A stretch of 64,000 bases of DNA from Candidatus Methanophagales archaeon (GTDB taxonomy: Archaea; Halobacteriota; Syntropharchaeia; Alkanophagales; Methanospirareceae). A model generated the notes under the pieces. It saw nothing but the letters and a program-made list of their open reading frames with translations. It had not been told where the DNA came from and ran no database searches. Position numbers and translations under genes: made by a program. The stretch spans positions 7,510 to 71,509 of the forward strand of contig QENH01000200.1 in assembly GCA_003336485.1 (NCBI GenBank). Direction: 5' to 3'. Shown in pieces: positions 50,623 to 58,500 of the stretch (position 1 is the first letter of the stretch; each line of letters begins with the position of its first letter).

Positions 50623-52077
50623 TCATTCACCGCCGAAGAATCGTCTCATTGTCGGATACATCTCCATCATCTGCTCAGACGCTACGTCTTCATAGAGCCG
50701 GTATGCAATGCTCACCGCCAGAAGTAAACCAGTCCCTGATGCCTGTCCAAGTGTGCCGAACATACTCGAAACCACGCACAACACGCCCAGAATAGCACCG
50801 CCCATAAGCGCTATTTTCGGGATGTATCCTTCCATCATTCGTTCTATCGTTGACGCTGTCCTACGATGCCCCGGTATTTGTAGCCCTGAGTTATGTATCT
50901 GCGCTGCCACATCTTTAGCACCCATTCCTGTTGTATTTATCCAGAACAGGGCAAACATCGCGCCACCTACGATCATAAAAGAGAAGTCAATACACAATCT
51001 TATGGCAATTTGCCAACCTTCAATGCCCGGAAGCACAAGTGCAGGGTACCAATCCCAGGGGCTATATATAGGGCTGAGATAATACATCAAGCCTGAAACC
51101 GCAGTGTTCCCTTCAAACGTCCCAAAAATAGTTATTCCTTGTGAATAAAGCATCCTCCCAAAACCCTGTATGGTCGCTTGTAACGCTCTTACAAGGATCA
51201 TTGGCAGCACACTTGCGTACAACAGCTTAATAGGGAATTTCCCCCGTGCTCCTCTTGCTACCGCATGTGCTAACGGTATCTCTAACCGAGTGCTCTCAAG
51301 ATAAACAACGGTGAAAAATACCGCAATCGTGGATATAAGCGCAATCAGGTGATTTTGGAAAAGGAAAGTCATTCCACCTTCCAGTATCTCGTACCCCGGT
51401 ACTTGTTGCACTATTTCTATCCATCTTGGGATTACGCCCACGGCCCATCCGCTTTGATCGGGAATCCAACTTATAAGGCCGATAATTACCTGTTGCGAGA
51501 CACCTGCGAGGATGAACAGTGAAACACCTGATCCTATACCCCATTTCGAGACCACCTCATCCATGAAGTATATCAGCATCCCACCAGCGAAGACCTGAAG
51601 AAACAGCATGGTCGTAATCCAGAATGGATCCACGCCAAGCTGCGCTGCTACTGCCAGGTCGGGCTTATAAAAGCCTACAACGTACGTCAGACTAATAAAA
51701 GCAGCAAAGACCAAAACGAGCAGTTTCTGGATGTTCTGATAAAACGCCTGATCCTTGGGATCGCTCAAGTTCAACTTTACTATACCTGCACCGACTAAGA
51801 GTTGTAATACAATAGAAGCATCAACAATTGGCATAATACCAAGAGCAGTTAGCGAGAATCGCTCCCCTGCAAATATCGCACGCCATTGCCCGAATAGGTC
51901 CATTGACTCAGGCGATAGCCCAAATAGGGGGATATTACCAAGGGCAAAAAAGAGAACGAGTATGCCCACTGTCCAGGCCAATTTAGTTTTAAAATGAACG
52001 TGCCACTCGGGACGTTCAACCATGGGGAATTTACCTAAAACAGACGATACTACATCTCTGAAGTTTATCGCACTCAT
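50623..52077 (-). CDS. secY: Preprotein translocase subunit SecY
   Basis: 484 aa with 10 TM helices. It sits immediately downstream of uL15 as in the conserved operon. Confidence 0.9.
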   Translation of the reverse strand: MSAINFRDVVSSVLGKFPMVERPEWHVHFKTKLAWTVGILVLFFALGNIPLFGLSPESMDLFGQWRAIFAGERFSLTALGIMPIVDASIVLQLLVGAGIVKLNLSDPKDQAFYQNIQKLLVLVFAAFISLTYVVGFYKPDLAVAAQLGVDPFWITTMLFLQVFAGGMLIYFMDEVVSKWGIGSGVSLFILAGVSQQVIIGLISWIPDQSGWAVGVIPRWIEIVQQVPGYEILEGGMTFLFQNHLIALISTIAVFFTVVYLESTRLEIPLAHAVARGARGKFPIKLLYASVLPMILVRALQATIQGFGRMLYSQGITIFGTFEGNTAVSGLMYYLSPIYSPWDWYPALVLPGIEGWQIAIRLCIDFSFMIVGGAMFALFWINTTGMGAKDVAAQIHNSGLQIPGHRRTASTIERMMEGYIPKIALMGGAILGVLCVVSSMFGTLGQASGTGLLLAVSIAYRLYEDVASEQMMEMYPTMRRFFGGE

Positions 52078-52497
52078 CTAAGTAATACTCACCGTGCCTC
52101 CAGCACTTTCTATCTTCCCCTTCGCTGTCTCGGTAACTGCATTCGCTGTGAGCATCAGCTTCTTCGTTACTTTGCCCTTGCCCAGAATCTTTTGTATACC
52201 TAGCTCCGTGACATCGAGATAAATACCATCTGCTTTCTCTTCCGCTTTACCGTCCCTTATCAGTTCTGCTAGCATCTCTTCTAAATTACCGATATTAAGT
52301 GTCCCTTCGTCATGGCGGTTATGCTGATTTGAGATATGCTGCCCTTTTATTATACCCATCTTCAACGATCGTACGACATGATGTGAGTGCGCTCCCGCGT
52401 TACCGACACCGCCCCTACTTCCTTTCCCTCTTCGTTTCTTATGTGAGCCACCGCCGCAGGTTCTTGTTCCGCGTATCCTTTTTAGTCTCTTCTTCAT
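52078..52497 (-). CDS. rpl15: 50S ribosomal protein uL15
   Basis: The basic, Gly-rich N-terminus RIRGTRTCGGGSHKKRRGKGSRGG matches uL15. Confidence 0.85.
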   Translation of the reverse strand: MKKRLKRIRGTRTCGGGSHKKRRGKGSRGGVGNAGAHSHHVVRSLKMGIIKGQHISNQHNRHDEGTLNIGNLEEMLAELIRDGKAEEKADGIYLDVTELGIQKILGKGKVTKKLMLTANAVTETAKGKIESAGGTVSIT

Positions 52498-52613
52498 GAT
52501 CTATGCATGCCCTCTTAATCTTATAGTCTATCTCAGGTTTAAAAATATACTATACATTTCTTTTTATAGCACAGCAATAGTATAGTTTTATATATTATAA
52601 TATTGGGGGATTA

Positions 52614-53171
52614 ATGAAAATGTCAGAAATAAATATAAAAATAGAGAATGTTGTAGCGAATGCGAGGATTACTGAGAGCCTGGACCTGGAATATGTCGAA
52701 TCTCAGTTAGAAGAAGCGATGTTCACGAAAAAGAAGTTCCCTGGTCTCGTGTATAGGACAAAAGAGCCCAAATCCGCTTTTCTTATCTTCCGCTCTGGAA
52801 AAGTAGTATGCACGGGAGCGAAGACCAAAGAAGGTGTGCGTACTGTAATGGATAAGCTTGCTGCGGACCTCAGAGGCGTAGGTATAGAAGTGGAAGAGCA
52901 TCCCGAATTCAAAGTGCAAAATATCGTGGCTTCTGCCGATCTTGGGAAAGAGCTTAACCTCGGGGCTATTGTGATGGGTTTAGAGCTAGAAGGTATGGAA
53001 TATGAGCCCGAAGTTTTCCCCGGCTTAGTTTATCGTATAACCGATCCAAAGAGTGCTATATTGATTTTCAGTTCGGGCAAGCTGGTTATAACTGGTGGGA
53101 AGACGTTAGACGATTGTAAAAAGTCCGTAGAGATATTACTGACAAAATTAAGGAGTTTAAACCTGTTTTGA
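52614..53171 (+). CDS. tbp: TATA-box-binding protein
   Basis: 185 aa comprising two direct repeats (ENVVANARI... / QNIVASADL...) characteristic of TBP. Confidence 0.9.
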   Translation: MKMSEINIKIENVVANARITESLDLEYVESQLEEAMFTKKKFPGLVYRTKEPKSAFLIFRSGKVVCTGAKTKEGVRTVMDKLAADLRGVGIEVEEHPEFKVQNIVASADLGKELNLGAIVMGLELEGMEYEPEVFPGLVYRITDPKSAILIFSSGKLVITGGKTLDDCKKSVEILLTKLRSLNLF

Positions 53172-53181
53172 GCGTTTATGA

Positions 53182-53994
53182 TTGATGGGCGATAAAGAGA
53201 AGCTGAAAGTAGCAGTTGCGGGAAAGGGCGGTGTGGGTAAAACGACCATTGCCGGCACGCTCGCCCGACTCCTTGCGAGGGATGGGCATACGGTAATAGC
53301 AGTGGATGCAGATCCTTCAATGAACTTAAAATTTGTATTGGGTATAAAGGAGAATCCAAAGCCAGTGTCTGAGCTAAAGGACTTGATTTTCGAGCGGACG
53401 AACGCTTATTCTGGGATCTACAAATTGAATCCCAAAGTGGATGACGTAATCCGAAGATACGGGGCAGAAGGACCCGACGGGGTGACATTGTTGGTAATGG
53501 GAACGATAGAGAAAGGCGGGTCAGGCTGCACATGCCCGGAAAATGCGTTCCTTCGCTCTTTGTTGCATCATACCCTGTTCAAGGAAAACACGGTTATAAT
53601 GGATATGGAAGCAGGGATAGAGCATTTGGGTAGGGGAACGGCAAAGGGGGTTGATCTACTGCTTGCCGTGGTAGAGCCAGGGATGAGATCGGTAGAGACA
53701 GTGGGTAGAATAAAGAAACTCGGAGAGGATATAGGGATAAAGAATATGGCGGCGGTGATGAACAAGGTTACAGATTCAGAGATGGTAAAAACGATAGAAA
53801 CCAAATTAAATGCTATGGGCATTCCATTGCTGGCGATCATACCTCACGATCCGGAGTTGATAAAGGCGGATATAGAGAATAAAGCACCTTTAGATGTGGG
53901 TGGGGATGCAGTTGAGCATATAAAAACAATTAAAGAACTCTTAATTGATTGCCAAACAAATACCGAATACTTAAATAGCAGATATAATAAATGA
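53182..53994 (+). CDS. CooC-type nickel-insertion ATPase (MinD/ParA superfamily)
   Basis: Deviant Walker A AGKGGVGKTT and the CooC CxC metal motif (GSGCTCPE). Confidence 0.65.
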   Translation: MMGDKEKLKVAVAGKGGVGKTTIAGTLARLLARDGHTVIAVDADPSMNLKFVLGIKENPKPVSELKDLIFERTNAYSGIYKLNPKVDDVIRRYGAEGPDGVTLLVMGTIEKGGSGCTCPENAFLRSLLHHTLFKENTVIMDMEAGIEHLGRGTAKGVDLLLAVVEPGMRSVETVGRIKKLGEDIGIKNMAAVMNKVTDSEMVKTIETKLNAMGIPLLAIIPHDPELIKADIENKAPLDVGGDAVEHIKTIKELLIDCQTNTEYLNSRYNK

Positions 53995-54006
53995 GACTAG
54001 TAGCAG

Positions 54007-54300
54007 ATGGAGAACAAGGATAAAGAGCGGGATAAAAAAAGGGCAGAATATGAGGAAGGCTTAAAAAAGACGTTGATACCACTCGCATTTGGTATTCTTG
54101 CAGGTGCCTTATCCTTTATTTTGATAAAAGATCCCGTATCAACGGATGGTTTGATTATTGCAATCATAATGATATTTGTGCAGAAGTTTGTCTATCAGTT
54201 CTTGCATATACCCATGGAAGGTGCAAAAGACTGGATTTATCTCGCTTTTATGACTCTTTTCTGCTGGTTCGTCGCTTATACATTAATGTTGAATCTGTAG
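54007..54300 (+). CDS. Small membrane protein
   Basis: 97 aa with a charged N-terminus followed by two or three TM helices. Confidence 0.4.
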   Translation: MENKDKERDKKRAEYEEGLKKTLIPLAFGILAGALSFILIKDPVSTDGLIIAIIMIFVQKFVYQFLHIPMEGAKDWIYLAFMTLFCWFVAYTLMLNL

Positions 54301-54771
54301 ATCGGAATTCAGAATAATGTGGGTAGCTGCGATAGCGAGGGCATCAGTGACATCGTCGGGCTTTGGCATTTCCGCTAATTTGAGCTTCTCGACTACACTG
54401 GTGGCGACTTCGCTCTTCGTTGCCCTGCCATATCCGGTTATAATGCTCTTTACCTCGGATGTGTTATAGTCATATGCCGGTATGTCTGAGATCGCAGCAG
54501 TTAAGAGACAAACCCCTCGTGCCTGTCCAACACTTAACGCTGTCTTCACGTTTGTATTGAAGAAAATCATCTCTATTGCCATAACATCTGGCGTAACGTC
54601 CTTTATCACGGCGAGCAGATCATAATAGATCTTCTTTAATCGCTCTCCATTCGATTGCGCGGGTGTTGTCTTTACATAACCAAAATCAATTGGTTTTAAT
54701 CGTCCGTTGTTTAACTCGACAACACCCCATCCAGTGCGAGCAGTTCCTGGGTCTATTCCTATCACACGCAT
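54283..54771 (-). CDS. ruvC: Crossover junction endodeoxyribonuclease RuvC (bacterial-type Holliday junction resolvase)
   Basis: RVIGIDPGTARTGWGVV, AIEMIFF, LSVGQARGV, TGYGRATKSEV and DDVTDALAIAATH are colinear with E. coli RuvC motifs, including the catalytic D/E/D/D positions. Confidence 0.7.
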   Translation of the reverse strand: MRVIGIDPGTARTGWGVVELNNGRLKPIDFGYVKTTPAQSNGERLKKIYYDLLAVIKDVTPDVMAIEMIFFNTNVKTALSVGQARGVCLLTAAISDIPAYDYNTSEVKSIITGYGRATKSEVATSVVEKLKLAEMPKPDDVTDALAIAATHIILNSDLQIQH

Positions 54772-54803
54772 AAAAAAACCTTTCTTTCAAAAAGAAAGCT
54801 TTA

Positions 54804-54878
54804 CCAAAGAAACAATATACCTTAGGTAAGATAACCTTCTTCCAAAGAAACAATATACCTTAGGTAAGATAACCTTTC
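54804..54878. repeat. Two tandem copies of a 38-nt unit (CCAAAGAAACAATATACCTTAGGTAAGATAACCTTTCT)
   Basis: Read directly from the sequence. It lies immediately 3' of motif copy C, in the ruvC/csl4 divergent region. Confidence 0.8.
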
Positions 54879-54973
54879 TTTCAAAAAGTTTTAAAACATT
54901 TAGCAAAGAAATATTAATTATACTTAGTATAAAGTAAATTGTTAAGGGGGAGTGAAAAGAAGGAAAGGAAGTA

Positions 54974-55537
54974 ATGGAGAAAGAAGAAGGTATTGTAGTT
55001 CCTGGGGATTTCCTGGGTACTTCTGAGGAATTTACGCCTGGGATGGGCGTGTATGATGAAACTGGAAATATTTATGCCTCTGTGACCGGAGAGATTAGCA
55101 TAAGTGATAAGAGGGTTATAGATGTCCTGCCAAAAGTAGGGACACCGCCAGTGCCAGAAGAGGGAGATGTGGTTATAGGCAGGATAGAAGATTTGAGAGA
55201 TGCTGTTGCTGTCGTGAATATAGCGCGAGTGAAAGGTAAAGATGATCGAGATGTTGCATCATCCACGCAGGGTATTATCCATATATCGAATATAAAGAGC
55301 GGGTATGTGTCAGAATTGCAGCGTGAGTTTGGTTATCTGGATCTGGTGAAGGCGAAAGTGCTGGACGCAAAGGCATTAAGACTTAGCACGGAGGGAAATG
55401 ATTTGGGCGTGATAAAAGCGATATGCGGGAAATGCAAAGGCGATTTGAGGAAGAAAGGGAATACGTTGACGTGTGATACGTGCAAGAGGGTAGAAGAAAG
55501 GAAGCTATCTGACGATTATGGTAAGGGATTAGTGTAG
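54974..55537 (+). CDS. csl4: Exosome complex RNA-binding subunit Csl4
   Basis: An S1 domain plus a C-terminal zinc ribbon (CGKCKGDL...CDTCKR), 187 aa. Confidence 0.8.
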   Translation: MEKEEGIVVPGDFLGTSEEFTPGMGVYDETGNIYASVTGEISISDKRVIDVLPKVGTPPVPEEGDVVIGRIEDLRDAVAVVNIARVKGKDDRDVASSTQGIIHISNIKSGYVSELQREFGYLDLVKAKVLDAKALRLSTEGNDLGVIKAICGKCKGDLRKKGNTLTCDTCKRVEERKLSDDYGKGLV

Positions 55538-55568
55538 CTAGCATACTAAACTAAGTGGTGATGTAAGC

Positions 55569-55859
55569 ATGGAGAATGGCGGGATAAAGATAAAGGTAGT
55601 GGAAAGGGCGGAGAATGAGCTGCGGCTGGAGATAGAAGGGGAGGGCAATACGCTTTTAGCACCGCTGACTTCCAAGCTCCTGGAGAATGAAAATGTAGAC
55701 CTAGCAACCAATAGCATGACACATTCGCTGCTGGGCAATTCCATATTGTATGTGAAGATGAAGGAGGGTGATGCTTTAGAAGCCATAAAATCTGCACTTA
55801 CTTCTCTTGCTTCCGACTTTGAAGAGTTTGGGCGGAAATACCGGGCGGCAATAGTCTAG
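55569..55859 (+). CDS. rpoL: DNA-directed RNA polymerase subunit L (Rpo11)
   Basis: 96 aa. IKVVERAENELRLEIEGEGNTLLAPL matches the Rpo11 N-terminus. Confidence 0.8.
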   Translation: MENGGIKIKVVERAENELRLEIEGEGNTLLAPLTSKLLENENVDLATNSMTHSLLGNSILYVKMKEGDALEAIKSALTSLASDFEEFGRKYRAAIV

Positions 55860-55915
55860 TGGTAGGACATAGGCTTCCCAAGCCTGTAACCCGGGTTCGA
55901 GCCCCGGTTGCCGCA
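55845..55915 (+). tRNA. tRNA-Gly (anticodon CCC)
   Basis: Manually folded:
- acceptor stem GCGGCAA/TTGCCGC;
- D-arm GTCT/GGAC;
- anticodon stem TAGGC/GCCTG with loop TTCCCAA;
- T-arm CCGGG-TTCGAGC-CCCGG;
- discriminator A.
No CCA is encoded, as is common in archaea. It overlaps the rpoL stop by 15 nt. Confidence 0.85.
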
Positions 55916-56018
55916 TAAAGCCGCCGCTCGTGTGGGGACGGTTTTCGGCAGACAACCATTAGGATATTAGTTTAGAACCGCTATCAAAGTAAACTAAATA
56001 CTGTGTTGGGCTGAGGAT

Positions 56019-57101
56019 ATGGATCAGATAAAGAAATATGAATTCAGGAAGGTATTGGAAGAACTGAGGGAAAAGACCGGGCGAGGAACCGAGCTCGTTT
56101 CCGTTTACATCCCGCAGGATAAACAGATTTCAGATGTTACTTCTCAGCTCCGTTCGGAGCACGGGCAGGCGATGAACATAAAGAGTAAATCGACACGTAC
56201 TAATGTTCAAAGCTCTCTGGAGTCAATATTAGCGAAGCTGCGGTACGTGCGTGTGGATGAGAACGGGTTGGTTATTTTCTGCGGTGCCGTTGCTAAGGGA
56301 GGGGACAGGACAGATATAGAAACTTTCATTGTGGAGCCGCCAGCGAAGATATATTCCTATATCTACCATTGTGATTCGAGCTTCTTCCTCGAGCCGCTGG
56401 AAGATCTAGTGGACGAGCACGAAAAATACGGCTTGATTGTGCTTGACAAAAGAGAGGCAACGATCGGTCTATTGAATGGTAAGGTGATAGAGTCGCTGAA
56501 GCACATAACTTCCGCTGTTCCGGGAAAGATGAGAAAAGGTGGGCAATCAGCACCGAGATTCCAGCGGCTGCGGTTAATAGCAATCGGGGATTTTTATAAG
56601 CGAATAGGCGAACATACAACACAAGCATTGCTTCATATGGACCTGAAAGGCATTTTGATTGGTGGACCCAGTCCGACGAAGGAGGAATTTTTAAAGGGGT
56701 CTTTCCTGCATTATGAGTTACAAGATAAGATACTGGGCATTTTTGATGTTGCATATACGGATGAATCGGGACTCTATGAACTCGTAGACAAAGCGGATGA
56801 TGTATTAGAGGGGTTGGATTTGGTGCGTGAGCGGAAGCTGATGACAAGGCTCATGAAACTATTGGTTAATAAGGATACTATGGTGGCATACGGCGAACAA
56901 GAAGTGCGGCGGAAATTGGAACAGGGTGCGGTGGATACGCTTTTGGTATCGGAAGAGCTAGATAAGGCGCTTGTGCACGATTTGGTGGAGATGGCCGAGG
57001 TGATAGGGTCAGACGTGGAACTAATTTCAATGGAGTTTGAGGAAGGTGCGCAGTTAAAGCGAGCTTTTGGTGGCGTTGCTGCTATATTGCGCTATGGCTA
57101 G
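56019..57101 (+). CDS. prf1: Peptide chain release factor aRF1
   Basis: The N-terminus YEFRKVLEELREKTGRGTELVSVYIP, the NIKS-containing segment QAMNIKSKSTR and the GGQ motif (KMRKGGQSAPRFQRLR) are all present. Confidence 0.85.
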   Translation: MDQIKKYEFRKVLEELREKTGRGTELVSVYIPQDKQISDVTSQLRSEHGQAMNIKSKSTRTNVQSSLESILAKLRYVRVDENGLVIFCGAVAKGGDRTDIETFIVEPPAKIYSYIYHCDSSFFLEPLEDLVDEHEKYGLIVLDKREATIGLLNGKVIESLKHITSAVPGKMRKGGQSAPRFQRLRLIAIGDFYKRIGEHTTQALLHMDLKGILIGGPSPTKEEFLKGSFLHYELQDKILGIFDVAYTDESGLYELVDKADDVLEGLDLVRERKLMTRLMKLLVNKDTMVAYGEQEVRRKLEQGAVDTLLVSEELDKALVHDLVEMAEVIGSDVELISMEFEEGAQLKRAFGGVAAILRYG

Positions 57102-57356
57102 AAGGTAAATTCACGCCATGGGCCTGTGTCCGCCCCACCGATTAAAAGCACACACAGCAAAAGGCTTATATATCCCTTGTACACTTCCAATTTTTAACGG
57201 TCTGCTTTGTGGAAGGCGATAAAAACAAAGATGGACCTTACTTAAAGCGATACGAACGAAGCGTACTTTAGCTTGACCTGAAACTGCTCTGAACCATTTT
57301 GTGATGAAATCCTCAATTTTCTTATTGTATTGTCTAGATACTCAATATACAATAAA

Positions 57357-57527
57357 GAACCCACCGCCGCGGATGGCCCGGTAGGCGCCATCTCCTTTCC
57401 ATACGCTGCCGTCAGTAGGTGCGCCGTCCGTCATAGCAAACCAGACATTGTTGTCAGGCAGGACTTCGTATCCGCGTTTTAGCTCGAGAATTGATGTACT
57501 GTAAGCTTTGAGGTTTCATGTAATTTG
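57357..57527 (-). pseudogene. Short gene fragment (C-terminal ~57 codons, no start) in a decayed intergenic region
   Basis: Own translation: NLKAYSTSILELKRGYEVLPDNNVWFAMTDGAPTDGSVWKGDGAYRAIRGGGFFIVY*. It is bounded upstream by an in-frame TGA and has no ATG. It weakly resembles the C-terminus of FGE-sulfatase/SUMF1-like domains (NVWEW...R..RGGS). Confidence 0.3.
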
Positions 57528-57785
57528 AGGGGGTTTTGAGGATACCAAAGCTTTGATCCGTTGTGTTGCAAGGCTATAGCAGAGAGTAGCGGTTCCAAAT
57601 AATGTGCTTCGCATTTTGTTCGTTCTATCGCTTTATGACAACCTTTTTGGTGGTGAGTATCAAAACAAAAAAGCGAATAGCTTTTAATATCCTAGGTCAT
57701 ACCTGTGATAAACGTGTAGTTTATGTCATCGGCGGTCTTGCTTAAAGGCAGGCCTTGTACTTAAGTACGCTGTATGGTGACTTTA

Positions 57786-58499
57786 TCAACCCCAACGTTC
57801 ATGGCTCAACATTGACCGATTCAACTCTTCTTTATATAAACGCCATTGCGGCATAAATTTATCCAGATATGCTATAAAACGATCGCTGTGGTTGCGCACT
57901 AAAAGGTGTATCATCTCGTGTACGATAATGTATTCAAGACAGGTTTCCTGCTTTTTCGCGAGTTCTAGATTTAACCAAATTCGACGACTTGCAAGAGTGC
58001 AAGTGCCCCATTTGGTTTTCATTTTCTTAATACCCCAGTCATCAACTTCCACTCCGATTATCTTTTGCCATTTATCCAATAGTGCAGGTACTTGATCTTT
58101 AAGTTGCTTCCGATACCATTTGGTAAGCACTTTCTCGCGCTGCTCGGTCGTGCTCCCAACCCGAACGTAAAGGTCAATATAGGTTTTATTGCGTATTTCT
58201 ACTTTGGGGCTAGCATTGCAATAAATAACATTTAATATATAGCGCCTGCCGTTGTAATAATGACTTTCTCCGGACACAAATTTACGTGCTGATTGACGTT
58301 CTTGAGCTTCAAATTTCAATTGCTGTTTTCTTATCCACGCCATTTTCGTTATAGCAAAAAGGCTAACAGCATCATCATCTAGTTTCAGTGGTGTAGCAAT
58401 GCGCACCCGGCCGTTGGGCGGATATACACCAAGATGCAGATTCTTTATATCCTTTCTTACCACATCTATTGATAGGTCACCTACAGTAATCCGGTGCAT
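57786..58499 (-). CDS. DUF45/YgjP-like M48-family zinc metallohydrolase (accessory gene often found with type I R-M systems)
   Basis: HEMIHLLVRNH (HExxH), 237 aa, positioned directly downstream of hsdR. Confidence 0.75.
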   Translation of the reverse strand: MHRITVGDLSIDVVRKDIKNLHLGVYPPNGRVRIATPLKLDDDAVSLFAITKMAWIRKQQLKFEAQERQSARKFVSGESHYYNGRRYILNVIYCNASPKVEIRNKTYIDLYVRVGSTTEQREKVLTKWYRKQLKDQVPALLDKWQKIIGVEVDDWGIKKMKTKWGTCTLASRRIWLNLELAKKQETCLEYIIVHEMIHLLVRNHSDRFIAYLDKFMPQWRLYKEELNRSMLSHERWG

Positions 58500-58500
58500 T

